Below the pieces are notes generated by a model, which was not told where the DNA came from, searched no databases, and was given only the letters and a program-made list of their open reading frames with translations. The position numbers were made by a program, and so were the translations under genes. This document shows positions 1-14,764 of a stretch of DNA of 64,000 nucleotides, piece by piece (position 1 is the first letter of the stretch; each line of letters begins with the position of its first letter). This DNA comes from Octopus vulgaris (lineage: Eukaryota), in contig OX597819.1 of the NCBI GenBank assembly GCA_951406725.2, forward strand, positions 132,184,001 through 132,248,000, given 5' to 3'.

Positions 1-804
1 AATGTTTGGTCCTTTGGCATGAAGTTCTTTCACCATTATGTCACTTTGCCATTTCACAGAATATAACTTGAAAAACTGACCGAGTGAAGGTACCGACACA
101 CCCATACACACCGAAAGATTCAGTATCATGTTGTTAGTTGTACTGATGATGAGGTACCTGTCTGCTGGTCAGTGGCAATAATCTGTGGAGTGGCAAAGTG
201 AGGGAATGGTGTCAAGACATCCTGCTGCTATTGTGAGAACCACAGTGCACTGTATGAGCTTGTGTTTATATACCATTTCGACACTTTGCTTGTCTTTATA
301 TATATAACATTGCTTTATTTCTTTTTTTTTTTTTTTATTTTTTTTTGCTATTCTCCAGAGAATGAGCAATCCCGGAATTGATTGGTCCTCAGAAACAAGC
401 TGGGAACATAAAAAAGTCTGACCAGCTAATCCTCCGGGGCTTTTTCTGTGATACTAGCTTTTGCAGGTCAGCTCTGATGGATATTTCACTTCCAAATAAG
501 CTGATTTATTATCACATTTCAGTTCTAGGAACACCTGTGCAGGTACTCCACACATTTCTGATAATGCTACCTTTTTGTGAAGAAAAAAAAAAACAAACAA
601 ACTTACTCATTTTCCCCCACAACTCATAACCACTTTGCCAACTCTAATTTATGATAGGGGAAAAATGGGTGGTGGAAAAACCCACATACATACACATATA
701 TATATATGTATATGTATATATATATGCATATATATGTATACATGCACACATTTGTGTATAGAAAGAAGCCAGAGGAAGGAATTACTCAATCTAAACAAAT
801 AGTA

Positions 805-942
805 ATATATTATTTATTAGAAGCTGAAACTTCACAAATTGTTACTTCTGAGTTTCACCTTGCCAGTAGAATTGTTCCAAGATTGGCAAGGTGAAACTTG
901 GAGGAACACCTTGTGAAACTTCATTTTCTAATAAATAATATA
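805..942. repeat. Imperfect ~65-bp inverted repeat (hairpin)
   Basis: atatattatttattagaa...gagtttcaccttgccagt pairs with attggcaaggtgaaactt...ttctaataaataatatat; short loop. Confidence 0.75.
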
Positions 943-1911
943 TTTAGAAAACCTGAAAGTTGGTCTTTCTGAATATCTTCAAATCTAGGTGCTGCCATTT
1001 GTTTTTTCCATTAACCAAGTTTACTTGTCTTTCTTTCTAAACCTTGTTCTCTTGTTTTTATGTTTCATGTTTTTTTTTTCCCTTTTGTTTTATTTCCTGC
1101 CTTAGGAGGGAGAGAGAGGGAGAGGAGAGTGGAGGTGTTTTTCTGTCTTTTTTTTAAATGTCTTTGCAGAAATGAGTAAATTCCATGTAGTGTGGGTGGA
1201 AATCGAAGTTCCTTACCTGCCTTCCTGGTTATTATGGAATCATCATCATCATCATCATCATCATTTAGCGTCCGTTTTCCATGCTAGCATGGGTTGGACG
1301 GTTCTGCTGGGGTCTGTGAAGCCAGAAGGCTTCATCAGGCCCAGTCAAATCTGGCAGTGTTTCTACGGCTGGATGCCCTTCCTAACGCCAACCACTCCGT
1401 GAGTGTAGTGGGTGCTTTTTACGTGCCACCCGCACTGGTGCCAGCCCTAAGAATTCAACTGTTGTAAAACCCCAACAGGTGATGACTAATCTGGAAATCT
1501 CTTGTACGAGATTCATAGTTTTCACTAATAACACAAAAAATTCTTCCCCATAGAAGCTTGATTCTCTTTGGCATAATTGCAGAGGAAGTTGTCAAAGATC
1601 AAAATATTTGAAGTGAAGATTTTTTTCTCAAACTTTAATTCCAATCCTCCGTCCACGGAAATGAACCAAGTCTCTGCTTTATTGTGACACCACCAACCAG
1701 TGATCGGAACCTTTTTCAAGGGCTTTGCTTGAATTCTGGGCAAATACACCTCATTTACCCCTCAATCTTTTCTCATGTCCAATGAATTTATATTCGGCAA
1801 AGGCCAGAGATAGGTGTGGTGTTCTGTTACCTGTTTAATCCTTTTGATTATATAAAACCACTTCATTTAATTCCATAGAAATACTTTGATAGGTTTAGAT
1901 TCTGAATAACA

Positions 1912-1952
<41 letters not shown>

Positions 1953-1954
1953 TA

Positions 1955-2317
1955 TTGAAGTATGAAGACTGACTATGACCATAGAGGACCAAAGAGTGCA
2001 AGGCCATTCCCTAGGACTGCAGAGTTGATATGAAAGAAATTAAAATTGTTTTTAGAAATAATGGTACCGAGACAGAGAACTGAGGAGACTGTCGAAGACC
2101 AAGACAGCAATTATTCCCTGTAGCAATTGGTGCACGTGGCACAACACCCAAAAATGCTACCTCAAAGATCGAAAGAGATGGGAATTGAGGCTCTTGTTGT
2201 TGACCTGCGGCACCTTCCTCTATTCTGCAAGAATCTTAAGGAAGATTCTTGAGATTTGAGGAGACTTGTCACCAAACTTCAAGATAGAATACCTGCTATC
2301 TATATTAGCATGCACCA

Positions 2318-2320
<3 letters not shown>
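1955..2320 (+). mobile_element. 3' fragment of an R4/Dong-like non-LTR element (REL endonuclease end) in a (TAA)n tract
   Basis: Frameshifted remnants resembling PVAIGARGTTPK and YSARILRKILEI*; (TAA)n on both sides. Confidence 0.65.
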
Positions 2321-2349
<29 letters not shown>

Positions 2350-3394
2350 TTGTTGATGTCATTTAACTAAATTTCCTCAAATTCTTTCTTTGTTTTGTAA
2401 TTGAAACCCTTAGGCAGTGGGCTTTAATAAAAATCTGGTGACAGACTGGTAGAGTAATTAACCTGTAATTAACGGAACGATTGTGTCCTCTCATTTCTTC
2501 AGTGAGCATTTTTACTCTAACCCCCCCCCCCGGACTTCCACACTCGCAGCTCTTAATCCGTTTCAGTTGCAAACATCCTCACTTCTCCAAGCTTCCCCTT
2601 TTTACTGTTTACATTACAAATAGGAATTTACTCTTCTGCCTCCATTTGATTGATGCTGGCACAAAAACCTCTTTCACATTTACTCGGGGTTCAAACTCAA
2701 ACTAGCTCGCTCTCTCTCTCTCTCTCTCTCTCTGTCATGACTCACATATACTCCCTCTCTCATTCTCTTTGTCTCCACTATACCTCTGTCCCTCTTCTCA
2801 TTCTCCCTCACTCTTTCTCCTTCCCTTACCTCCCTCTGTCTCTCTCTCTCTCTCTCTCTCCACAACACCTATTTATATATAGCAACTCTTGCCACCACTC
2901 TCCCTCCCACCTTTGCTGTTCTCCCTCTCCCCCACTATTGCTATCTCTCTCCACCTCCTTCCTTACTACCATCTTCACTCCTCCCTCTTGTTATCTCTCT
3001 CCCCTCCCTACTACCCTCAATGGTACCTCCCACTGTCATCCCACCATCTCTCTCCTCCCCTCTTGCCATATCTTTTCTCCTCTCTCTCTCTCTCCCTCTC
3101 CTCTACATCTTTATTCTCCCTTCTATCTTGTATTTAACAATTTTCTATTTCATTCTCCTAACCCCCTCCATCTCCCCCCCTCTGTTATAAATTTGAATCA
3201 TTTAAAAATAAAACGTCTCTTTTTTCCCCCACTTTTGAAAATGTTTTAATGTTTTGAATAATAATTTTTTGTGAATAATTTCAGAGAATGTGTGTTACAA
3301 TTACAGCTAATTATTACCTTGTTTAATGTGCAAACACACACACACGCCAGTTTTATGTTTTTATTTACAGTTGTACCGTAGCACACATACACGG

Positions 3395-3432
<38 letters not shown>

Positions 3433-4040
3433 AGGTAGATATGTATAAATATATATATATGTGTGTGTGCATAGCTTGTAAGGCTATTTGAAACCAAAAT
3501 GCTGTGTACACAGACAAACACACGCACATGAATTTCAAAGTAACTTGGTCTGTTTCTGGTAAAGTTCTCTTCTGTATTTACCTGTATTTACCGTTTTCTT
3601 CATGGATAAAAAAAGACTGTCTTTAATTTGCCTCCTGCAGTATCGAGTTTCTTATTTGATGATTCATAAATAATTTCATTATTTTCGGATTCTTCTTTTA
3701 CAAATGACGAATGTTGTAATGTTTGTAGAATTTTTGCTTTGTTTTATATATTTCATCTTGTGTGATAACCTGATGCATCTCCTACCATTGTCTTCATGGA
3801 GTTCTACAGGTTCTGCTGATCAAAAATATTCCAATGATGATCCACTCTGTTCCTTTTCAGCCATTTGTCCATTCTAATTTAAAAGGGGTTTGTTATTTGA
3901 GGGAAATTTGGGTGCTATTTCTAGCAGGTTTAGTGACTCTGTAGAGTTTCTTTCTTTTTTTCTAAACTGATGATTACTACTTGGTGTTGTTTTGGGATTA
4001 ACTGTGACCATGCTGGGGCATAAGTACAAACCCTACCTGA

Positions 4041-4080
<40 letters not shown>

Positions 4081-5235
4081 GACAGGCTTCCAGCCAGTTT
4101 CTAACGAGTCATCTGTCGATGTCAGGTTGTGGTCTTGGATGTTTGCATTTGGTGCTACACACTCAACCTGGAATCAGCAGGTGATTGCAGAGAGAATTCC
4201 TTAACTACACAGCTCAATGGCTGCAGGTGATGTGCACGTATTGGTGTGGAATGTCAGTGTGTGTGTGTGTGTTAAAGAACTCCTATTTCCCAAACCATCT
4301 GGTTTTGCATCCAGTCTGACTGTATGGCACCTTGGGCAAGTATCTTCTTTTACAACTCGAGCCAACCAAAGTCTTGTGAATGGATTTAATAGAAAGTGAC
4401 ACACACATACACACGTAAATATATATATTTGTGTCTCCCTTTCACGTGATAGCTGTAGACGAGTGTCACTGTCATACGAGTGGTTCCAGTTTCCTATTTT
4501 CAATGAAAACATATTCTGCCACGGGGGAAATATGGCTTGTAAACAGGGTTTAATGACTAGAAGGCATTTGTGTGTGCTATGTTCCCCCAACCGTTCTCTT
4601 CAATGACTTCCCAGAGAGATGTTCATGAGCCCCTTGTGGGTGCCATCAGCACCAGAGGAAAGAATGTTACAAATTTTTGGGGTTTATTGATGACGTTAAT
4701 TGATTGGTGGGTCGGGAAGAGGAATTGATTGGTCGAGCTTCCAAGTTGGGGTGGGTGGGAATTCAGGGCTGCAAACACCAAACTCTTGATAAATGCCAAT
4801 GGTACTATCTGAACCAATATCCATGTACATGGACAGAGCCTAGAGATAGGGCAGCAATTCAAATGCCTGGTGGTAATGATGATAGTTTCCAATTTTAGCA
4901 CAAGGCCAGCAAGTTTGAGGGTAGGGCTAAGTCAATGGCATTGACTCCAGTGCTCAGCTGGTATGTATTTCATTGACCCCCAAAAGAATGAAAGGCAAAG
5001 TCGACCTCAGCAGAATTTGAACTCAGAACATTAGGATGGACAAAATGTTAAGTATTTTGCCTGCCATCCTAACAATTCTACCAACTTGCTGCCATTCCTG
5101 GTGAAGAATCAAGGTGTGAAACCCTTAGTGGAATGGCACAGACAGAAAGACAGTGGTTATATGAAGAACTCCAGTTAGTACGGAGAGGCAGGAGTATCAT
5201 CATGGGACACGTACTCAGATTCCTGCATCCACTGG

Positions 5236-5274
<39 letters not shown>

Positions 5275-5319
5275 TGGCACAAGGACTCTGGCTGCAGACA
5301 TTAAGAGGATGATGCAAAC

Positions 5320-5660
5320 ACTGCAAATAAGCCGTTTATTGCAACACTTTGGCACATCTTGTCCCTAGACTAGATCAGAGATGATATGGTTCCTCAAATT
5401 ATCCAACGTTGGCTGTTGTGAAGAGTTTCTCTTAACAGGATAAGAAAGAGAAAGCTGAGGTGGTAGGGTCACATAACAAGATCCTGTGGTCTTGCAGAAA
5501 TAATTCTTCAAGGAACCATGGAAAGAGAACTGAAGTGGACAGAGGATAGGACGGGTGGATAATATTAAGGAATGGGCAGCTCTGACATGCTACCATATCA
5601 GGGACAGAAAGCTGGTGTACAATATGCTACAATGGTCTACCTGTGGCTACATTGCAAGTT
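5320..5660 (+). mobile_element. RTE-clade LINE 3' fragment
   Basis: RKLRW*GHITRSCGLAEIILQGTME...VDNIKEW motif typical of RTE C-termini. Confidence 0.6.
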
Positions 5661-6877
5661 GAGGATCTGTGTCAAGGTGTGTGTGTGTGTGTTTGCAAGA
5701 TTTTGAGAAGGAATTCAGATTGTAGCTAAAATTTCTGGACTCTCACTTGTTTTGTTTAGAAACAAAAAAAGAGATGTGGCAGCTCCACTGATGCAGGAGA
5801 AAACATTTCTTTCTAATTCTAAACAAAAAATCCTAAATGAAGATAATTCTTTTACCATATCTTTGAATTAGTCAACAAACTTCCTTGTTTCTTGGCTGAT
5901 GCCTCCCCTTGTTCTGCTATCACACGATTTTAGTTAAACTCATTCAATCAAAAATGAAATAAAATATTATTATTATTCTTATTATTTGGGATGGTGAGCC
6001 GGCAGAATGGTTACTGCATCAGGCAAAATGCTGAGCCACATTTCATCCATGCTTGCTTTTACCTTTCATCCTCTCTGGGGTCAATAAAGTACCTGTTAAG
6101 TACTAGAATTCATGTAATTGACTACTCCCTTCCCCCAAATTTACTGGCCTTGTGCCAAAATTTGAAATAGTCTTCATCATCATCATCATTATTATTATTA
6201 AGGGTTGGGGTTTGTGGTTAATGCATTTTCATAAAGTTTATTTTTAATTATAGAAAATAGTATAAAAGATTATGTCTTGGTAAGAAAGTGTAAAGATGTT
6301 TGCACTGGTGACTTTGTAACTCTTTTTTTTTCTTCTTTGGTATTGAGTTTGTATTTAAATTGTGATGCATAAAATTAGTTTTAAACGGGGAAAACTGAAT
6401 TAATTTTATGTTGTTTGAAAGTATTGGCTTTGTGTGTCCATTATTTTGTACCACTTCTATACTCTTTGACACAAACCTGATATTCTCAAATGATTTGGAA
6501 CATTTGTCTGACATTCCATTTAATGTGTTATTAATGACTTTTATTTAGTAATTTAAATAAGTTAGTTTTAACTTAATAAGTCAGTTTAATAATAGAAGGA
6601 AGGAAAAGCTGGTAATTATCCATTGTTGATGTAATTATAAAGCAAAAGTGATATTGCATTTTTCTAGGCCAGGATCAAAGGCGCCAGAAATATGGTATAT
6701 CTGCAAGTCTTTTGGTAGTCAAAAAAAAAAAAGGATTATATGCTGTAGCTGTTTGTTGTAGTTGTAAACTAGTTTAGATTTATTAACAAAATTCTTAGCT
6801 TCATTTCTGTTATTTCCAAAACCTTATTACAATATTTTGAAATTTTTCTTTATAATGGATATATATATATATATTTG

Positions 6878-7236
6878 TGGTGGCACTCTGTCGGCTATGA
6901 TGACGAGGGCTCCAGTTGATCCGCTCAGTGGAACAGCCTGGTCGTGAAATTAATGTGCAAGTGGCTGAGCACTCCACAGACACATGTACCCATAATGTAG
7001 TTCTTAGGGGAGATTCAGCGTGACGAGTGTGGCAAGGCTGGCCCTTTGAAATACAGGTACAACAGAAATAGGAAGAAAGAGTGAGAGAAAAGTTGTGGTG
7101 AAAGAGTGCAGACCCCCCTCCCCTTCATGGGGCTTTAGGTGTTTTCGCTCAGTAAACAGTCACAACAGCCAGTCTGGGAACCAAAACCATGATCCTACGA
7201 GTCTGCTGCCTTAACCACTGAAGCACTGTGCCTCCA
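6878..7236 (-). mobile_element. tRNA-headed SINE of a further family; related head at about 56190-56275
   Basis: Minus strand gtggaggcacagtgcttcagtggttaaggcagcagactcgtaggatcatggttttggttcccagac with A/B-box-like motifs. Confidence 0.55.
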
Positions 7237-8356
7237 CACACACACACACACTATATATATATATGTGTGTGTGTGTATGTATAATTGATACACAATACTA
7301 GTAAAGTATTGATTATACATAATTTCTGTTTTTGTAAATCCCCCCCCCCCAACATTTCTGCTTATTTATGCGAGAGATTTTTAGTGTTTCTCTGCAAATA
7401 TTAATGTTCCAATGGAGGCTTTTTTGAATTTTCTGAAGTTTAGAGTTGTGGTCTGTTAAATTTCATGGTTTTTAAATTCTTACTATAATCATTTATTGAG
7501 GTATATTTGAATGCTTATAATATTTAGAACAGATTAATGGGATTCATTTAGTTTTCATTGCAAATTGGTTTTAAATCTTTAGAAATTGGACACAAAAAGT
7601 AAACTGTTCCGAATGTTACATTTTAACCTGATTGGTTGATGAAATAAATTCCCTGGCATCCCTTATTTCAGATCTTGACGAAGAAATCTGGAGTAAATAA
7701 GAGTCAACAGGAGACAAGATTTCTGGATTTAAGTCTGGTTCCTCTCTGTTGATGTTGTCGCGGAAACCATATGGAAATTTAAAAAAAAAACACAATTTTA
7801 AAATTTCTTCATGAAATACTCCTGGGACAGGTTCTGAATCTGTTGCTAAATCTTCCTTGATCCTAATGCCTTTGGATTATAGGATAAAAGCTAGTGTGAC
7901 AGCAAAATCCAACTTAAAGTTCCAACTGTCTGTACATCCAGAGGAGCAGCTAAATCTTCTAAACCTGTGGAGGATGTTTTCTGTTACCATGGGAACTACT
8001 TTCCAGTTGATTTATTGTTTTGAATAAGAAGGGGAATGAAACAGCATGGAATTAACAAATTGGAAGTGGTTACTTGTGTTGGAATATTTTGGCAATGAGA
8101 AGAGTTCTCTTCACATGGATTAATAACAATAATACCAAGAGATGAAATGGAAAACCTACTTTTACTAAACCAAATTCTTCTTTACAAAAGGATTTTATTA
8201 TTCTGTGCATTTCTCTATCTTGGTCTCGTTGACTGATCCATTTGAAAGGATATAAACTAACAAAGTGGCTCCATTTGGCCAATTTCAGTTTTGAAATTTC
8301 CTCCAATGAAGAGAAAAATCATAGTATTTACTACATGGCATCGGAATTCCATTTCC

Positions 8357-8403
<47 letters not shown>

Positions 8404-10419
8404 CCAAAAAAGAAAGACTGGGGGAAAAACAAGCACACAAACCCATCTCTCGAGATAATACCTCACATTTACTCATCGGTGAATTGATTGGTTGTTAGGG
8501 ACGATGACAGGGAATCTCCTATAATCAACATCTTCCCATTTGCACCTGTCAAACAGGTGCTTCACTAATGGAATGTTATGTTTTATTTATTTATTTATTT
8601 ATCCTCTTAGAAAAAAAACAAGAACAAAAACTTTTGCAAGATAAGCACAAAACACTCAAATTAGTGCTTAGACTGTCCAATTTGCAACAAACACTGCTTA
8701 ATTAAAAATGACTTATTTATAAACTTAATTATGTGGGGGACGGAGGGGGAACATCACCACCGCCAACAACAACAACAGCAACAGAACTTGGGGTAAAAAT
8801 ATTTCGGCCAACTTTAGACTATTTAATTACATTTGATAATTATTGTGTGGGTGGGAGTAATTAAAATAAACGAATAAATATAATTCTGCTGATGCCTGTT
8901 AAAATTCCTAACGAATTCCTAAAAAAAAAAAAATCTAACTTCAAGATTCTTGGAGATGTACAACAGGAATATTTACAATAAAACCATATTTGATTTTGAT
9001 TAAACCATTTAGTTCTCTCTTTTTTTTTTTTTTTTTTCTCTTCCCCCCCCCAACGAAAACTTTCAGAATTTTTATTCTTCTCTCCATTTCTCAGTATTTT
9101 CTCTGAAACTTATTGATAAGAATTAAGAAGTTATTGGTGATAATCAATAATATTATTTCTTACTCACCATTGAGGGAATAAGACTGAATAGCTTTCCAAA
9201 TTCAGGGGCCACATTGGATGGGGAGACACAAGAGGCATAGGCACCCCCCCCCCACATCACTGGAATCTTTTGATTTCTGCAATTGTAAGGGTTTTGAAGA
9301 ACTGTGGTTCTCTGTTGCAGGATTCCTCAGTCTGTTATCTTTTATCTTCTACTTGTTTCACTCAGTTGATGTGGCCATGCTGGGGCACTATCTTAAAAGA
9401 TTTTTAGTTGAACGAATTGACCCCAGCTCTCTTTCTTTTTTAAAGCCTCGTACTGTCAGTTTTGTTTTGGTCAACTAAGTTATGGGGATGTAAACACTCC
9501 AATACTGGCTGTAAATTGGTGGTGGGGGTCAAACGTGCATTAACACACACACACAATACACAACGGCCTTTTTTCAGCTTCTGTCTACCAAATGCACTCA
9601 CAAGGCTGTTGTTGGCCCAAGGCTATAGTAGAAGACACTTGCCCAAAGTGGTATTGAAACCGGGACCATATGGTTGGGAAGCAAGCTTTTTACCACTCAA
9701 CCACATCCACACCTAACTTCTTACCCACAGGGCCATGTTACATCTGATTATATTTAACTCCCTGGCAAATACCAAACGTGATATCAAGTTCTCTAAGTGT
9801 GTTTATCTAATGCTGCCAATAGGTTTTGGTACTATTTTTTTTTTTTTTACAAAAAATGGCAAAAAGTTGGTTTCTACACGGGATACTTTGCCAAAATATG
9901 GCAAAATACTGGGCTTACTGACATTTACTTATTATATACTAAGAAAAATAGCTTTGGTAGAATTGGGCATTTTTTCTTTTATAATTAAGAAAAATAGCCA
10001 TAACTGTTAGCTCTCTCTCTTTCTCTCTCTCTCTCTCTTTTTTTTCTCTCTCTCTCTCTCTTTTTCGCTCTCTCTCTCACACAGTGTTTGGGGGGTTATA
10101 ATTTATTTTCAAAATGCTTTTAGAGTGTTTTTATTACCAAGTACCTCCCCCATCACCCCATCACCTTTATTTCACTTGAAGTTAATGTTATTAGTTTTCC
10201 AGTTTATCTTCAGAATTTGTCAATTAATTTATGGAGCAATTAATTTGTTTATCGGACACACGAAATATAGATGTCAGCAATTTCAGTTAAGGAATATTGT
10301 TTACCTGTCTGAGATGAGTTTCTTGGCATTTTCCCACTTAAAGAACACACCAGATTCTCTTCTCATTCACACTCTCTCTCCCTCTTTCTGTCTATTGTCT
10401 GTCTGCCTGCCTGTTCTAG

Positions 10420-10760
10420 TACACACACACACACACTCATTCTTTCTCTCTCTCTCACACACACTCATTCTTTCTCGCGCGCACACACTCTCTCTCACAC
10501 ACACACACACTCTCTCTCTCTCTCTCTCTCACACTCTCTCTCTCTCTCATTCTTTCTCTCTCACACACACTCATTCTTTCTCGCGCGCACACACACACTC
10601 TCTCTCACACACACACACACTCTCTCTCTCTCTCTCTCTCACACTCTCTCTCTCTCTCATTCTTTCTCTCTCACACACACTCATTCTTTCTCGCGCGCAC
10701 ACACACACTCTCATTCTTTCCCACATGCACACACTCTCTCTCTCTCTCTCATACACACAC
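10420..10760. repeat. Compound (CA)/(CT) minisatellite with a higher-order ~110-bp duplication
   Basis: The unit cacacacactcattctttctcgcgcgcacacac recurs at about 10456, 10562 and 10672. Confidence 0.85.
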
Positions 10761-13667
10761 ACAGTTCCTTTCTTTCATTCTGTGTCTCTCTCTAGCACAC
10801 ACACACAGTCTGTCTGTCTGTCTGTCTGTCTGTCTTGCACTAAATAACATTTCGCTGTGCTGAAGCCAGTTCTACAATGGATGAGTTCCCCATCTGTTTA
10901 TTCAGCTGAATCTCAGCCAAGCTATCCAACAGAATCTGAAACCAATTTTTGTGGAACTGATTAGCCAGAAACTCTTTATAGTTTAACCTACGTCTTGTCA
11001 GCGTTGGTAATGCATTCACAAAGAAATTAACAGCAGAACAATGCTTTGAAAATTAATTACTCTGGTTTAATAATACTTTTTCTTAAGATCTGTAATAATA
11101 TAGAATTCCTTGAGGTGTCTGTCTAACTTTTTTACCTTTCGGTAGGAATTTATTCTTTTCAGAGTATCTTCGGGAATAGTTTTGCATTGGATTTCTTCTG
11201 TATTTCTATCTTGGAGACGTTGCTAGTTCTTACATGGGAAAGTTTTCATTGTTTGATTCACCATCATCATCATCGTTTAACGTCCGCTTTTCATGCTAGC
11301 ATGGGTTGGACGATTTGACTGAGGTCTGGCGAACCAGATTCCAATCTGATCTGGCAGAGTTTCTACAGTTGGATGCCCTTCCTAACGCCAACCACTCCGA
11401 GAGTGCAGTGGGTGCTTCTACGTGCCACTGGCACAAGGGCCAGTCAGGTGGTACTGGCAACAGCCACACTCAAATGGTGCTTTTTATGTTTGATTATTGT
11501 TCATTTTACCATTCCTACTTTTTCTCATTTGGTGATGGAGTTTCAGTTGTTAGAGCATATTGTCTGTGGTAGGGGAGATTCCAAACCATTTACTTTGAAT
11601 GCTTTGCTTTAAAATCTGGTTGGATGTTGCTTGTTGAAAGAATGGTATTTCTGTGTGAGAGAATGGAATTTAAAAAATCTGAGATGATCAGATCATCTTT
11701 TTACTTGTTTCAGTTATTAAACTGTGGCCATACTGGGGCAGTGCCTCGAAGAATTTTAGTCCAACAAATTGACTGCAGTACATTTTTTAAAGCCTGGAAC
11801 CTATTCTGTTGATCTCTTTTGTTGAACCACTAAGTTATATGAATGTAAACTTGCCAACACTGGTTAGGTGTGTGTGTGTGTGTGTATTAGGAAAAGCATC
11901 CAGCCATAGAAACCATGCCAAGACAGACAATGGAGCCTAGTGTGGTCGCTAGCTTGCTAGCTTCTGTCAAAGTGTCCATCCAACCCATGCCAGCATGGAA
12001 AACGGATGTTAAATGATGACCACCATCATCATATATTTATATATATGAGGCAAAGTGGCTGTGTTTCTTTCGAGTGTTGGGCCTCACAGAGGCAATGATT
12101 AACACTTTTGGGCTTATGTCCTGCTTGAGACGATCCATGAAGCCAAGTAATATTGCAGTCGTGGCAGATACCAGTGTCACACAAACTAGCACCCATGCTG
12201 GTGTCACGTAAATGCACCCTGGTATCATGCAAATGGCACCTGTGCCGGTGGTACATAAACGCACCCATTACACTCTTGGAGTGGTTGGCATTAGGAAGGG
12301 CATCCATTTGTAGAAAACCCTGCCAAATCAGACTGGAGCCTGGTGCAGGCTTCCAGCCGTGCCAGCCTGGTTGAACTGACCAACTTATGCCAGCATGGAA
12401 GATAGATGTTAAATGATGATACACACACACACACAAACACACACACACACCTTACCACACACACACACACCTTACCACACAGCCATGCTTTTGCACAAAG
12501 ATTTTGATTGGTCAAAAGAGTTTGCCCATGGAAACTTAAGTTCCACTCCTCAGCTTTGGGTGGTGCAATTTGCGATATTTGGTGGGTTTTGCAATGTGTT
12601 TGTGAATTTTATTTGGAATGGCAAGGATTATATTCTTATTCAGGATTCTCCATTTGTCATGGAGCTTTTGGCTTCTTAGACACATCAGTTAATTGCTTCT
12701 ATAAATGGTAAAAGAAAGAAATGGAAATCTGTTTGTTTGGCACCACTATCTTCATTTCCCACACTTACAATCATTTTATTGTTTTCTGTCTCAAGATGTT
12801 GTACTGATCTCAAATATCCGACTGAAATAAGATCCCGATTTCCCCCTCCCCCCTTATTTCAAGGAAAATTCTTTTATCATCACCACCATCATGACCATCA
12901 CTTAATAATATCTGTTTTCCATGTTGGTATGGGTTGTGGGTGGTTTGACAGTTGCTGGCCAAGCTTCTGTTGTCTGTTTTGGCAAGGGTTCTACAGCTGG
13001 GTGCTCTTGCTAATGCCACCCGCTTTACAATGTGTACTGGCCCCTTTTTTACATGGCACTGTGTAATGATATTGAACTGGCCTTAATGCTTAATCAGTAT
13101 TGTTGTTGTTAGGTCACATGTCATTTCTTAACGATCCCTCATCAAAATCAGCCAAACTTGTAAAATTGTATAAAATTGTACCATTTTATATTGCAGAGGG
13201 AGGCACAGTTCCCTGTGTCTTTTTTTTTTTTGTTTGTTAAATATGATTGATGGTTCTTTGTGGGAGATTTAGTTTTTTTGTTTTAATGAGGTTGAGCGAC
13301 CAGATGAAAGCTCTCTTAATTAGATCAATTAGAACCTTCCACTGAATCGAGTGGGTTTTTTTTTTTTTTTAGTTTCTTTAGCTGTGGTTATAAGGCTTTA
13401 GATATGTGTTTCAGATTTTAAAGATGGGCAGGTACTGGATGGTGGAAGAAGGTTTAGCTACAGTGTTTAATCACTTGACATTACACAACCCACCCTTTCA
13501 ACCATTTGGTTCCTGGTTCAGTCCCACTCCATGGCACTTTAGGCAAGTGTCTTCTTCTACAGATTGAGACTAATCAAAGTTTTAAGATTTAATATTGTCG
13601 GTTTATTCAGTATTTGGAAATGTTTCTGTTATAAATTTATCCCTTCCCCCAAATATCGACATTATTC

Positions 13668-13698
<31 letters not shown>

Positions 13699-13907
13699 TG
13701 GTTTCAAATTTTGTCACCAGGGCAGCAATTTTGGGGGGAGGGGATGATTACATTGACCCCAGTGTTTCACTGGTACTTAGTTTATTGACCCTGAAAGGAT
13801 GAAAGGCAAAGTTGACTTAGGCAGAATTTGAACTCAGAACATAAAGATGGACACATTGCTGCTAAGCATTTTGCCTGGCATGCTAACAGTTCTGCCAGCT
13901 TGCTGCC

Positions 13908-13943
<36 letters not shown>

Positions 13944-14275
13944 TTATTTGGTGACCTTACCGGTACTGGTGCAACATAAAAAGCATTCAGGCCACACTGT
14001 AAAGTGGTTGGCATTTGGAAGGGCATCCAGCTGTAAAAGCCATGCCCAAAACTGACCTCACCTGTGTTTGTGCCATGTAAAAAGCACTGTCCACTGTGCT
14101 GGGTGGTTGGTGTTAGGAAGGGCATCCAGCCATAAGAACCATATCAAAGCAGACAGAGAAGTCTGGTGCAGTCTTCTGCCAGGCCAGTTCCTGTCAAACC
14201 ATCCAACCCAGGCCAGTATGGAAGGCGGATGTTAAATGAGGATGAGGATAATAATGTGATAACAATATAATTCTT

Positions 14276-14764
14276 ACATTATTTACATTTGACAGATATT
14301 TATCCTCATCTTGTTGTTAACACAACATTTCAGCTGATATACCCTCCAGCCTTCATCAGGTGTCTTGGGGAAATTTCAAACCTGGGTTCTCATTCCTAAG
14401 GTATTTTTCAATGTTATTATTATTATTATTATTATTCAGGTCAATGCCTGGAATCGAACTCGGAATCTTGGGGTTAGTTGCCTGTGCTCTTAACCACTAT
14501 GCCATATACCCGTGGGTGTAGTGGTTAAGAGCGCCGGCTACTAACCCCAAGATTCCGAGTTCAATTCCAGGCAGTGACCTGAATAATAATAATAATAACA
14601 TTGAAAAATACCTTAGGAATGAGAACCCAGGTTTGAAATTTCTCCAAGACACCTGATGAAGGCTGAAGGGTATATCAGCTGAAATGTTGTGTTAACAACA
14701 AACAAGATAAGGATAAATAACCGTCAAATCTAAATAATTCCTCATCTCTTAAATATAGAACTGT
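14276..14764. mobile_element. Head-to-head palindromic tRNA-derived SINE with hammerhead-ribozyme tail (Penelope-type insertion)
   Basis: 14276-14503 is the reverse complement of ~14515-14737. A box GGTGTAGTGG, B box GAGTTCAATTCC, internal (TAA)n, CTGATGA...GAAA core; flanked by a 12-bp direct repeat AATATAATTCTT (14264-14275 and 14765-14776). Confidence 0.85.
14648..14693 (+). ncRNA. Minimal hammerhead motif on the ADAR2 sense strand; stem III CpG mutated to TG
   Basis: gacac CTGATGA aggctg aagggtatat cagct GAAA tgtt gtgtt. Confidence 0.6.

Noticed and set aside
1445-1815. Possible mariner-like transposase remnant on the minus strand (LWPLPNINSLD)
   Set aside because: A single weak motif and no TIRs found; too degraded to call.
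10125-10847. 240-aa ORF (also the 199-aa ORF at 2650-3249)
   Set aside because: Low-complexity (CT)/(CA) repeats with no domain signal.
14515-14580. tRNA gene
   Set aside because: A and B boxes are present but there is no proper acceptor stem, and the sequence is fused to a repeat body in multiple copies; it is a SINE head.
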